A DNA stretch of 33,973 nt from a virus (lineage: Duplodnaviria; Caudoviricetes): positions 1-33,973 of IMG/VR virus record IMGVR_UViG_3300045557_000081. One strand, given 5' to 3'. Each line of letters starts with the position of its first letter. Position 1 is the first letter of the stretch. Under the pieces are notes generated by a model. That model was not told the origin of the DNA. It saw only the letters and a list, made by a program, of their open reading frames with translations, and searched no databases. A program made the position numbers and the translations under genes. This document shows positions 15,811 through 24,771 of this stretch, piece after piece.

Positions 15811-16289
15811 CAGAATTCGTGGTTAAATTTTTCGCGGCTGCCTCCCCTGAAAGGACTGGCCGATGTATCGTCTTCATTGGTGCTGGCAGTAACGACCGGC
15901 AGGTTGGGAGCTATGGCCGGCGCATCAGCGTACTTGCCAACGCCTGCCACTTTCTCAAGCCAGTCAATGGCTCTGTCGTAACGGTTTTGAACCCGCTCCT
16001 GTATGATATCAACGTGACCAAGTTCGCATACATAATACAGTGCAATTGACTTGCAAAGTCTCAATACGATGGCATTCCTGTTTTTGCCTGTGGCACCGAA
16101 AATCGCGCCGACATCGTACCGTGGTCTCCCGTCGCGCCAGCGTTTTTGATCGGTGGGGCTTAGGTAACTCTTCATTTCTTCCACGGCTGCCTCAATGGCA
16201 TCTTCAACGATGTCGGGCGAATCTTCAGTGATTTGTGCGAGCTGGTATTCGTAGGCCACGCTCTTAAGTTCTTCTACGGTTAGGAACAT
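15810..16289 (-). CDS. Mu gp36-like (DUF1320) head-tail adaptor
   Basis: MFLTVEEL..AIEAAVEEMKSYL..RYDV..IF..RYDRAIDWLEKV. Confidence 0.82.
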   Translation of the reverse strand: MFLTVEELKSVAYEYQLAQITEDSPDIVEDAIEAAVEEMKSYLSPTDQKRWRDGRPRYDVGAIFGATGKNRNAIVLRLCKSIALYYVCELGHVDIIQERVQNRYDRAIDWLEKVAGVGKYADAPAIAPNLPVVTASTNEDDTSASPFRGGSREKFNHEF

Positions 16290-16291
16290 AC

Positions 16292-16609
16292 TTAATTGGT
16301 TATATAGTAGGCTACTTTTTCGAATGATTCAATTGTGGTTCCCTTCTTAATCCTGACCGGAATGCCATGCCAGATTATTTGTCGCCTGCGTATGCATTCC
16401 TTGAGATATTGTTTAGAAACGCAAATCGGTTGGCCATACAACCTGGTTACCATATACTTTCTATTCTCAAGTTTTGATAACCTATTGGCCCTTTTGACAA
16501 GTTTCTCGTTACGATATCTTTGCCAGACAGAGTATAAAGCCAATACAGCGATCTTAAAAAGTTTTACGGGCAGTTGGCGTAGCTTTTGAATTAATGTAGT
16601 GTTAGTCAT
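16292..16609 (-). CDS. hypothetical basic protein
   Basis: 105 aa, co-oriented, between terminase and gp36. Confidence 0.65.
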   Translation of the reverse strand: MTNTTLIQKLRQLPVKLFKIAVLALYSVWQRYRNEKLVKRANRLSKLENRKYMVTRLYGQPICVSKQYLKECIRRRQIIWHGIPVRIKKGTTIESFEKVAYYITN

Positions 16610-16615
16610 GCTGGT

Positions 16616-18121
16616 TTAGAATTTTCTTGATTCTCTGAATCCTACTTTAAATGAAGCCACTGAGCTTCGCGTTCTTTTGCTGAGCATCCATATAGCACCT
16701 TCCAGTGCATCAGGAGCATCGTCGTGTGTTTTGCTGCCCTTCTCGAACATCAGCAGCTGATCAACCAGGTTTTTCATGCCGGGAGAATCCTTTTCCTTTT
16801 CGTTAAGGATCACCAGGCCGCGTTCAAACAAAGGCGACATGGCCTCTATCCTGGCAAACTTGTCAGGCTTTGCCCGCTGGTCACCCCGGATCGGTATCTG
16901 ATGGCCGGTTATGTTACCGACCGTTTTGAACTCGTCAAGCAGCAAGTCCTGCATGAAATTGGCCTCCATGTAGTACATCACCGGTACTCTGCCGGCCACG
17001 TAGTCAGTAATCTGGTAGTGCCAGGCAACCATAGTGGTTACCGATGTTTGATCGGCGTATGCCTTCAGTACATGAAACTCGCCGGTCGGAGTTTTGCCAA
17101 CCAGCATTGTGGCCTTATAGTCAGCGGTGGCCGAATTCTTGAAAGATGGGTCGGTGTAGGCGATAAGCGTCTTATAAAACTTCAGATCGAGCATGTGGCC
17201 ATACCTGATATGCTTTCCCTGGAATACCGTTCCTTCTGATATCGGATTATTCATGTACTCCTTTTGGAACCGGCGTTCGCCCAGGAACTCCCTCATTTTT
17301 TTGATTTCCTCGGGCCTGTAGTTTTCGGGCCATGATGGATTTCCTTTTTTGTCCAGGGCATTTACTACGGTATGATACACGCCGGGCCGTTCGGCGAAAC
17401 GGCTCAATACGCTGTCCTTGCCTATCCTGTTGCCAACCATTACAAAGCGGCCCCGGCCCATCGCCATTGTACCGGCAAGAGCCGTCAATGCCCATTCAAG
17501 CACATCGCCTACGCGCTTCGGGTTCCGTACAAGCTCGTCGTCGTCGATGTCATCTATTACAATGTAATCAGGACGCTTGCCACGGTCTTTCAAACCACGC
17601 GGTGACTGGCCACGTCCCAGGGAAACGAACAGGCATCCGTCGGCGGTTCTGAATTCGCCATCGGCCCATGATCCTGCTTTTATCTGGTTGCCAAAGTCGT
17701 TAATGAAAGCGCGGTTGTATTGTAATTCGGCTTGCAGGTCGGCCAGCAGCCGGTTTGCCATATCCTCGCTCTTACTCACCAGAACCATTACCGACAGCTT
17801 GCGCGGCTTTTGAATTTTGAGCCACAGCGGAATGAGCAGGCTCAGGTGTGAACTTTTGGCATGGCCCCTGGCCCATTCGAACAATGCGCGGGTATCGTCA
17901 TTGTTCAGAAGGTATTTAGCTGCATCCAAATGGAACTTGCCGCATTTCTTTGTAGCCAGGTGAGGGAAATAGGTATCGACAAAGAACTGATAATCGCGGC
18001 GCGCACGTTCCTTCCTGTCATCCCTTACTTCCTGGGTATCGGGCAGAACAGTTTCCTGCGATAGAATCCAGTCTACACGCTGGCGCCATCGGGAGTCAGC
18101 ATCATTTACCTGCTTTGCCAT
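16616..18121 (-). CDS. terminase large subunit
   Basis: WARGHAKS Walker A, IVIDDID Walker B, nuclease motifs YTDPS and HDDAPDALEGA. Confidence 0.93.
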   Translation of the reverse strand: MAKQVNDADSRWRQRVDWILSQETVLPDTQEVRDDRKERARRDYQFFVDTYFPHLATKKCGKFHLDAAKYLLNNDDTRALFEWARGHAKSSHLSLLIPLWLKIQKPRKLSVMVLVSKSEDMANRLLADLQAELQYNRAFINDFGNQIKAGSWADGEFRTADGCLFVSLGRGQSPRGLKDRGKRPDYIVIDDIDDDELVRNPKRVGDVLEWALTALAGTMAMGRGRFVMVGNRIGKDSVLSRFAERPGVYHTVVNALDKKGNPSWPENYRPEEIKKMREFLGERRFQKEYMNNPISEGTVFQGKHIRYGHMLDLKFYKTLIAYTDPSFKNSATADYKATMLVGKTPTGEFHVLKAYADQTSVTTMVAWHYQITDYVAGRVPVMYYMEANFMQDLLLDEFKTVGNITGHQIPIRGDQRAKPDKFARIEAMSPLFERGLVILNEKEKDSPGMKNLVDQLLMFEKGSKTHDDAPDALEGAIWMLSKRTRSSVASFKVGFRESRKF

Positions 18122-18251
18122 TTGGTTTCAGGTTGTACGATAAGTCCATGACCTGCCTTATCAGCCGGCGGTTGCGTAATGAAAATTCGGGAGATGTGAT
18201 CAGGTTAACCCGGTTCTGCCAGTTAATTTCCAGTTGAGCGCTGTTTTCCAT
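18102..18251 (-). CDS. small hypothetical protein (49 aa, not in ORF track)
   Basis: Manual translation MENSAQLEINWQNRVNLITSPEFSLRNRRLIRQVMDLSYNLKPNGKAGK. Bridges the terminase small and large genes. Confidence 0.55.
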   Translation of the reverse strand: MENSAQLEINWQNRVNLITSPEFSLRNRRLIRQVMDLSYNLKPNGKAGK

Positions 18252-18699
18252 AGCCCTTGCGTTTAATGATGTATGAGTCCTGAAGTTTTACAACCGACTT
18301 GATGAAATTGTCAGTGATTTCCTTATAGGTAGCGCGCTCGGCTATGAGGTAATCCTGAAAGGCCATGAAGGTGGCAATCTCGTCATCAACTGTCTGCGTG
18401 CTCTTGAGGGCCTTAAGCTGGTTAACAGCTTTTGCAAAGGCGTCGGCGGAAAAGTCATCACCTTCTTTGTCGAGAATCTCGCTGATCTTTTTCAGCGTCT
18501 TCTGCATCAGGTCATCGATGCTAATCGTCCTGGTAGCGCGCTTTGCCTCCCATCCGCCGCTTTCCTTCCAGCTTTGCAGGGTTGGCGCTGATACTTCTAC
18601 TCGTTGACAGATGTCGTTCTGCGCAACGCCTTGCATGAAGAGCAGGTAAGCGTATTCGTATTTTTCAGGGTTTCGCGCCTGCACTTGTTTCTTTGTCAT
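18223..18699 (-). CDS. terminase small subunit-like HTH protein
   Basis: Start re-called to ATG 18699. AYLLFMQG..QNDICQRVEVSAPTLQSWKESGGW HTH. First gene of the packaging operon. Confidence 0.75.
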   Translation of the reverse strand: MTKKQVQARNPEKYEYAYLLFMQGVAQNDICQRVEVSAPTLQSWKESGGWEAKRATRTISIDDLMQKTLKKISEILDKEGDDFSADAFAKAVNQLKALKSTQTVDDEIATFMAFQDYLIAERATYKEITDNFIKSVVKLQDSYIIKRKGYGKQRSTGN

Positions 18700-18701
18700 A
18701 G

Positions 18702-18724
18702 GGTGATTTTTTGCAAAAATCACC
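18702..18724. promoter_or_regulatory. perfect 10-bp inverted repeat next to the terS start
   Basis: ggtgattttt-tgc-aaaaatcacc. Confidence 0.55.
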
Positions 18725-18791
18725 TCAAAAGATTCTATATAATAATTTCCTTTTAACGCTTGAAAGCTTTCATTCAACTGTTGTACAGTTA

Positions 18792-18823
18792 TTTGCAGGA
18801 TGAAGTCGCGCGAGGTATGTTTG
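18792..18823 (+). promoter_or_regulatory. late rightward promoter
   Basis: TTTG 18792-95, 20 nt spacer, TATGTTTG 18816-23. ATG at 18844. Confidence 0.65.
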
Positions 18824-18843
18824 TCGCCTCTTAACGATTTCAA

Positions 18844-19815
18844 ATGCCAACATTTGTCCTTAACAACGAGACAATTTTAACCGCTCACGGCTTTGTTCTG
18901 CTCAATTCGGGCGGCAAATTCGACCGCTTCCGCGAAAATCCGGTGATGCTTGATTCGCATAACAACGAGTCGGGCATGGCTGTAATAGGCCGCTGGGATA
19001 ATCTTCGCATCGAAGGCCCTAAACTTATGGCTGATTCGGTATTCGACACCGATGATCCGGAAGCAATGAAGATATCGGGCAAGGTCGACCGCGGGTTCAT
19101 CAAAGGCGCTTCTATGGGTGTTATTCCCATTGATGCCGAAATGAGAGATGTTCCCGGTCTCGGTTACGTTGTGGCCCTAACTGCATGGGAAATGCTGGAG
19201 GCATCGCCCGTAGGTGTGCCTTCAAACAAGGCAGCGCTCAGGTTGTATGCACCCGACGGCAAGACACCTATCGAGGCAAGCGAAATCAAACTGTCGATAC
19301 AAAATCTCATCAAAAATCCGACAATGGAAAAAATCAATTTATCAGTTGAGGCTGCAAAAGTTCTCAACCTGTCGCGTGATCCGGAGAGTTCCGAACTCAA
19401 CGCCGCCATCATGGAACTGAGCGCAAAGCTTTCAGCCGCCAACGCCGCAAAAACTGCTGCCGAGACAGCAAAAGCTGATGCTGTGAAAGCTCTTGGTGAC
19501 CATCTTACGTTGCAGGCAACCGAAATGGTTGATACAGCGATCAAAGAAGGCCGTCTCACTGCCGACAAAAAAGAAAGCTTCGTGAAGCTTGCCGTTACTG
19601 ATTTCAAACAGGCAAAAGACCTGATTGATGCAATGCCGGTTAAACAGAACCTGAGCGGCCAGGTAAGGCCCGCTGATGGCGGTTCACCTGCTCCCAGCCG
19701 CGAAGGATGGGACTATATGAAGTACCTCAAGGAAGCTCCCCAGGAGCTGAAGGCGATGGAGGTAAATGATCCTGACGGCTTCGCAAAGCTTAAGGCCAAT
19801 TACAAACGCGCCTAA
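18844..19815 (+). CDS. prohead protease with C-terminal scaffold
   Basis: RFRENPVMLDSH, IGRW, GFIKGASMG, LEASPVGVPSN protease motifs. Helical Ala-rich C-terminal half. Confidence 0.88.
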   Translation: MPTFVLNNETILTAHGFVLLNSGGKFDRFRENPVMLDSHNNESGMAVIGRWDNLRIEGPKLMADSVFDTDDPEAMKISGKVDRGFIKGASMGVIPIDAEMRDVPGLGYVVALTAWEMLEASPVGVPSNKAALRLYAPDGKTPIEASEIKLSIQNLIKNPTMEKINLSVEAAKVLNLSRDPESSELNAAIMELSAKLSAANAAKTAAETAKADAVKALGDHLTLQATEMVDTAIKEGRLTADKKESFVKLAVTDFKQAKDLIDAMPVKQNLSGQVRPADGGSPAPSREGWDYMKYLKEAPQELKAMEVNDPDGFAKLKANYKRA

Positions 19816-19853
19816 TCAATCAATCAATTTTTAACCAAACCCTTTCAATCACA

Positions 19854-20873
19854 ATGAGAAAGCGATTCAACCCTGGCAACTTCATGTTCAACCTGTTAGT
19901 TGTCTCTATGCTTATGCTGGCCGGCCTTCCGGCTGTACCTGTACTCGGCGCGTCAGTCATCGCCGGTACCGCCTTATCCTATATGAAAGCGCCGGGCGTA
20001 GTAATGGCCGGTATTCAGAAGGAAATATGGACTGACATTATAATGGAGGGATTTTATCCGAAAGATGACTTCCTGTCCTGGTCGCGCGATATGTCGGAAC
20101 TCGTTGAGTTCAACACGCTAAACCTGGCTGAAGCGGGAGCCGATCCGGCATTGCTTATTGATAACGACGTATATCCCATCAGTGCAGGAACCCGAACTGA
20201 TACGCCCAAGACCATCGTACTCCGCACTCTTGATACTGAATCGACTATTGTTCGAAATCTTGAGAAAATGGAGTCGTCCTATAACAAGATGGAATCTGTT
20301 GTGAGAGGTCACCGAAACGCCTTGCGTAAAGGCAGCATTCAGCTCGCAGCGCATTTCTGGGCACCCCAGGCTAACGGAGCGTACACGCCCGTACTCGCCG
20401 CAACCGGCGCTGTATCTAATGGACGCAACACCCTGCTTTTTGAGGATATTCTTTCAGTACGCGCCAAGCTCGTAGCTCTCGATGTAGATATTTCATCGAT
20501 GGCCATGATGCTTAACCCGCTCCATGAAGCCGACCTTCTTGCCCAGGATATGAAACTGTATAAGGAGATGCTGACGGCTGGAAGCCTGTGGGGTATTAAA
20601 CTGTTTACCAACAGCCAGACGCCGCGATTTAACGCCACTACCGGTGCTAAGGTCGCATTCCAGGCGGCACCTGCGGTTACCGATACCATAGCGTCCATCT
20701 TATGGTCACGCGATGAGGTAATGAGAGCCGACGGAACGGTTGATGTATTTGCCAAATACAACGATCCTGATCAGAAGGGAGACGTGATAAACTTCCAGAA
20801 ACGTTTTGTGGCCCTTCCATTCAGAAGCAAAATCCAGGCCGCTATTTACTCACCGCTTGAAGCCGGCGACTAA
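19854..20873 (+). CDS. major capsid protein
   Basis: Follows the protease. 339 aa with KEIWTD, EAGADP.LLIDN..YPI, DP...GDVINF.KRF.ALP. Confidence 0.8.
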   Translation: MRKRFNPGNFMFNLLVVSMLMLAGLPAVPVLGASVIAGTALSYMKAPGVVMAGIQKEIWTDIIMEGFYPKDDFLSWSRDMSELVEFNTLNLAEAGADPALLIDNDVYPISAGTRTDTPKTIVLRTLDTESTIVRNLEKMESSYNKMESVVRGHRNALRKGSIQLAAHFWAPQANGAYTPVLAATGAVSNGRNTLLFEDILSVRAKLVALDVDISSMAMMLNPLHEADLLAQDMKLYKEMLTAGSLWGIKLFTNSQTPRFNATTGAKVAFQAAPAVTDTIASILWSRDEVMRADGTVDVFAKYNDPDQKGDVINFQKRFVALPFRSKIQAAIYSPLEAGD

Positions 20874-20875
20874 GC

Positions 20876-21355
20876 ATGAGAAGCCCTCTCAAATACCTGG
20901 TCATTCATTGTACAGCCACGCCGGAAGGCCGTGACGTAAGTGCCGACGATATCCGTCGTTGGCACTTGTCACCGCCTCCGGTAGGGCGCGGATGGAAACA
21001 GGTAGGGTATACCGACCTCATTCACCTGAACGGAACCATTGAGAGGCTGGTGGCTAATAACGACGACTCTTACGTCGATGGGTGGGAGATCACAAACGGT
21101 GTTGCCGGTATCAATGTTACGAGCCGCCATATAGTATATGCCGGCGGGCTGGCCAAAGATGGCCGCACAACCAAAGATTCCAGGACACTGGCACAGAAGA
21201 TGGCTATGAGGAATTTCATATTCAACTTCCTGAAGACAAACCCTGATGTAATTATAGCCGGTCACAATCAATTTGCTCACAAAGACTGCCCCTCATTCTC
21301 AGTACCTCTCTGGCTCCGTGAAATCGGAGTACCGGCTAAAAACATCAGGCAATGA
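20876..21355 (+). CDS. endolysin, N-acetylmuramoyl-L-alanine amidase (Amidase_2/T7-lysozyme-like)
   Basis: VIHCTATPEG, GW..VGY, GHNQF..KDCPSF zinc ligands. Confidence 0.92.
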   Translation: MRSPLKYLVIHCTATPEGRDVSADDIRRWHLSPPPVGRGWKQVGYTDLIHLNGTIERLVANNDDSYVDGWEITNGVAGINVTSRHIVYAGGLAKDGRTTKDSRTLAQKMAMRNFIFNFLKTNPDVIIAGHNQFAHKDCPSFSVPLWLREIGVPAKNIRQ

Positions 21356-21723
21356 CAATACTTGAGATCATACTTTCGATTGTTTCAACGATCCTCTCCG
21401 GAGGGCTTATAGTCAGCCTGGTTACCATCAGGCAAACAAAGCGAAAAGCCAATACCGAAGTTGAAAAGGGAAACATCGAACTTGTAACATCAAGTGTGAA
21501 TGAGATGCTCCAAAGCGTTAACGCGCTGATGACTCAGAACAAGGAGCTTGTACAGGAGATCGTAACCCGGTCTGAAGAGAATTCAGAGCTAAAAAAAAAG
21601 ATGCAGGATTTATCCAGGAAGGTTGAGAAAATGCAAAAGACAATCAAGGATGTACTCACTGCACTTGAGAAGCTCGACGTTGATGAGTCGCTTATCGCCA
21701 AGCTGAAAGAAGAGATCAAATGA
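21352..21723 (+). CDS. holin-like membrane protein (1 TM plus coiled coil)
   Basis: N-terminal TM and heptad-rich C-terminus, inside the lysis cassette. Confidence 0.55.
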   Translation: MTILEIILSIVSTILSGGLIVSLVTIRQTKRKANTEVEKGNIELVTSSVNEMLQSVNALMTQNKELVQEIVTRSEENSELKKKMQDLSRKVEKMQKTIKDVLTALEKLDVDESLIAKLKEEIK

Positions 21724-22247
21724 AAATGTTACGTGTTACGGTTATATTGTCGCTGCTGGTACTGCTGCTGGGTAGCTGCTGCACCCAAAAAAGGTGTGAG
21801 CGGCTCTACCCACCGGCAGGCAACCAGGAATCGAGCCACGACTCGGTATCTGTCAGCGACCGCGATTCGGTCTCGTATATACCCCAGGATTCGTCCTGGT
21901 TAAAAGCCTACCTCGAGTGTGACGCTCACGGTAAGGTTCTGCTCAAACAAATTGCCGGTTACGAAGCCGGTAAAAACGTATCGATTCCCCGGGTAAGCAT
22001 TCATGACAATGTGCTTACCGCGGAATGTAAAGTTGACTCTGTGGAAGTATATAACCGGCTGTACAGCAAGTATAGTCACAGCAACAAAACCACTGTGAAG
22101 GTTTATACCAAAGAAGTCAATAAGCTCACACCATTGCAGCTATGGATGATTCTCTTATGTAAGATCGAATCGGCCATACTGTTTTTAATCATTGTTTACG
22201 TACTCATTAAATACTACATAAAGTGGCAAAAAACACGATTTCTGTAG
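21720..22247 (+). CDS. lipoprotein, candidate unimolecular spanin
   Basis: Lipobox LLGS-C, beta-rich middle, C-terminal hydrophobic segment followed by basic residues. Confidence 0.6.
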   Translation: MKMLRVTVILSLLVLLLGSCCTQKRCERLYPPAGNQESSHDSVSVSDRDSVSYIPQDSSWLKAYLECDAHGKVLLKQIAGYEAGKNVSIPRVSIHDNVLTAECKVDSVEVYNRLYSKYSHSNKTTVKVYTKEVNKLTPLQLWMILLCKIESAILFLIIVYVLIKYYIKWQKTRFL

Positions 22248-22699
22248 GCACTCATGCCGAAAATCCTCAGGCTGCCGAAACATCGGCTCCTGAAGTAAAG
22301 GCTCCGAAAGCTCCTGTTGCCAAAACACCGGCTCCCAAAGCAAAGGCTCCTGAAGCTCCAGCCGCCGAAAAACCGGCTCCTGAAGTAAAGGCTTCCGAAG
22401 CTCCAGCCGCCGAAACACCGGCTCCTGAAGCAAAGGCTCCCGAAGCTCCAGCCGCCGAAACACCGGCTCCTGAGGCAAAGGCTACTGAAGCTCCAGCCGC
22501 CGGCAAAAAGGCTAAACCCAAATATTCGGATGCCGTTACCAAACGCGCTATCGAGGTTTTCAAGCATCACCCAACGATTGACACCATATTCTTTACCTCA
22601 GACGGCACAGCATTCCTGGGCGCTCAGTTTGCGCGCATACATGCCGAGTCGCTGAAGGATTCAGTGGTGACAACCGTAACCAGGAAGGAGATTGAATAA
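22223..22699 (+). CDS. hypothetical virion-associated protein with Ala/Pro-rich repeat
   Basis: GTG start, repeat region, then IFFTSDGTAF...ARIHA domain. TAATG-coupled to the sheath gene. Confidence 0.7.
   Translation: MAKNTISVGTHAENPQAAETSAPEVKAPKAPVAKTPAPKAKAPEAPAAEKPAPEVKASEAPAAETPAPEAKAPEAPAAETPAPEAKATEAPAAGKKAKPKYSDAVTKRAIEVFKHHPTIDTIFFTSDGTAFLGAQFARIHAESLKDSVVTTVTRKEIE
22271..22501 (+). repeat. 45-bp coding tandem repeat x5
   Basis: Units start at 22271, 22316, 22361, 22406, 22451 and encode AAETPAPEAKAPEAP variants. Confidence 0.92.
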
Positions 22700-23916
22700 T
22701 GTTACCAGGTGTACATATCGATTTCGCAAACGGCGCGCTCGGCAAGGTTGCCCAGAGTGCCGATAACGTCTGTGGTATTCTTACCACCGGCGTAGCAGTT
22801 CTTGCCGGTGAAGGTATTTCAGGTTTCGCCCTGAAAACTACCTACGTTCTTACCAAGTTCGACGATCTTGCAGCTCTCGGCATTACCGAGGCTAACAATC
22901 CCGGTATCGTCGACCTGATCAGCGACTTTTACAATCAATGCGGCGACGGCGTGACAGTTTACCTGAAAGCCTTTGCCAATACCGTGACCATGACCGAAAT
23001 GATCACGCGCACAACAGAGGATGGAATTGAAGAGATGCTGCGCAGGGCTCAGGGCCAGATCAGGATGATCTTTGTTCACCGCACACCGGCTGAAGCCTAC
23101 GAGGCCGACGTTGAAGGCGGTATTGATACCGACGCCCAGGAAGCAGCGGCAGCCGCTCAGGTAACCTGCGACTGGGCTGAGTCAACACTCAAGGCTCCAT
23201 GCATGGCTATCATTGCAGGGCTGTTCTATACCGGCGATCCGGCTGACCTCACCGACATGAGCGAATCAACACTCAACCGTGTTGGCATCATGATCGGAAG
23301 CAACCATGAAGACGGATTGTGCAGCATCGGACTGCTGGCCGGCAGGCTGGCCGCAATACCGGTTCAGCGCAACATAGGCCGCGTGAAAGACGGAGCTATT
23401 GCCGGCATCACAAAGGCATACTACGGCGGCAGCGATACGCCTGTCGGTGATACCGATCCCACCATGATCCATGACAAAGGTTATATAACCTTACGCACCA
23501 TCATTGGCAGGTCGGGCATATTCTTTGTCGACGATCCGCTCTGCGCTCCTGATACCGACGACTATAACCATATCACAGCCCGCAGGACTGTTGATAAGGC
23601 TTACCGCATCGCTTACGATACACTTATCAACGAGCTGCTCGACGAGATTCCTGTCACCGCCGAAGGTAAGATCACACCGGCTTTTGCAAAGGGACTTGAA
23701 AACAAGGTTGAGTCGGCAATTGTCAATTCGATGACTGCCAACAATAACCTGGGCAACGATCCTACCGACGCAAAGGATACCGGCGTTAAGTGTTTCTGTG
23801 ATTATGATCAGAACATCGTAGCAACCGGTCAGCTCAAAATCACTCTCAAGGTGAAGCCTTACGGTTATGCCCGGTACATTGAAGTAACTCTTGGATTCCA
23901 AACCTTAACCGCTTAA
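22699..23916 (+). CDS. tail sheath protein (DUF2586-like)
   Basis: MLPGVHIDFANGALG, GRLAAIPVQRNIGRVKDG, KGYITLR...GRSG.FF.DD, PYGYARYI.V.LGF. Confidence 0.85.
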   Translation: MLPGVHIDFANGALGKVAQSADNVCGILTTGVAVLAGEGISGFALKTTYVLTKFDDLAALGITEANNPGIVDLISDFYNQCGDGVTVYLKAFANTVTMTEMITRTTEDGIEEMLRRAQGQIRMIFVHRTPAEAYEADVEGGIDTDAQEAAAAAQVTCDWAESTLKAPCMAIIAGLFYTGDPADLTDMSESTLNRVGIMIGSNHEDGLCSIGLLAGRLAAIPVQRNIGRVKDGAIAGITKAYYGGSDTPVGDTDPTMIHDKGYITLRTIIGRSGIFFVDDPLCAPDTDDYNHITARRTVDKAYRIAYDTLINELLDEIPVTAEGKITPAFAKGLENKVESAIVNSMTANNNLGNDPTDAKDTGVKCFCDYDQNIVATGQLKITLKVKPYGYARYIEVTLGFQTLTA

Positions 23917-23919
23917 CCA

Positions 23920-24333
23920 ATGTTCAATTCAAGACAATACGCATGGAGCGATCTTACCCTCGAGCTGGGTGGACGCCCTTTAACCGGAATCCGCGGACTC
24001 AAATACTCTACCAAGCAGGAAAAAGAACTTTTGCATGGTAAAGGCAACAGGCCACTGAGCATTCAGCGCGGAAACATAACCTACGAAGGTGAGATCACAG
24101 TACTTCAGTCTGAGCTGGAGACGCTTCGCGCCGCCGGATCAGGATCAATCCTCGGTTTGCACCTCGACGGAACCGCCGTTTACGGTGATCCCGCCAACGG
24201 TGATTCGATAGTCACTGACAAGCTCTTTGGCATTGAGTTCACCGAAGACCCCAAAGAGATCAAACAAGGTGACAAGAACATGGAGATCACCCTCCCGTTC
24301 ATTTGCCTCGATATTCGTAACCAGGCCGCTTAA
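23920..24333 (+). CDS. tail tube protein
   Basis: FNSRQYAWSD...TGIRG.KY...GKGNRP.SIQRGN..YEG. Follows the sheath. Confidence 0.85.
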   Translation: MFNSRQYAWSDLTLELGGRPLTGIRGLKYSTKQEKELLHGKGNRPLSIQRGNITYEGEITVLQSELETLRAAGSGSILGLHLDGTAVYGDPANGDSIVTDKLFGIEFTEDPKEIKQGDKNMEITLPFICLDIRNQAA

Positions 24334-24358
24334 AACGGCAAACAATTCAGATAACCGG

Positions 24359-24440
24359 AAAGGCTATCATGACCCCACGCCGGCCTGCCTGCCGAACACA
24401 GGCTTCGCGGGACAGGCAGGGAAATTGATAGCCTTTTTTT
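24359..24440 (+). terminator. long nested hairpin with U-tract (terminator/attenuator with REP-like insert)
   Basis: aaaggctatca / tgatagccttt plus T-run, enclosing cctgcctg / caggcagg. Confidence 0.6.
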
Positions 24441-24462
24441 CACAACATCAAAAGCCAGCATC

Positions 24463-24771
24463 ATGAAAGAGGAGTTAAAAGGTCAGGCCACTCCTGAACA
24501 GATTGAAGAGTGGAAAAAGAAGTACGGAAAAGTATGGGCTATCATCGTTGATGGCCACATATGCTATCTCAGGAAACCCGACCGCAAGGTTCTGGGTTAT
24601 GCCACGGTAGCCGGGAAAGACAATCCGCTCAAGTTTAACGAAGTTGTACTGCAAAACTGTTTCATCGGCGGAAGCGAAGCCATAAAGACCGACGACGAAT
24701 TGTTCCTGGGAGCATCATCCGTTCTTACTGACATCATCCAGGTAAAAGAGGCTGAACTGGTAAACTTATAG
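24463..24771 (+). CDS. tail assembly chaperone (G-like)
   Basis: EQIEEWKKKYG..CYLRKPDR. Between tube and TMP. Confidence 0.8.
   Translation: MKEELKGQATPEQIEEWKKKYGKVWAIIVDGHICYLRKPDRKVLGYATVAGKDNPLKFNEVVLQNCFIGGSEAIKTDDELFLGASSVLTDIIQVKEAELVNL

Noticed and set aside
18700-18843. N-terminal 48 aa of the 206-aa ORF 18223..18843
   Set aside because: It spans the divergent promoter region. ATG 18699 is the more plausible start.
22185-22570. Repetitive minus-strand ORFs and a possible CRISPR-like array
   Set aside because: These are shadows of the 45-bp coding repeat. There are no unique spacers and no cas genes.
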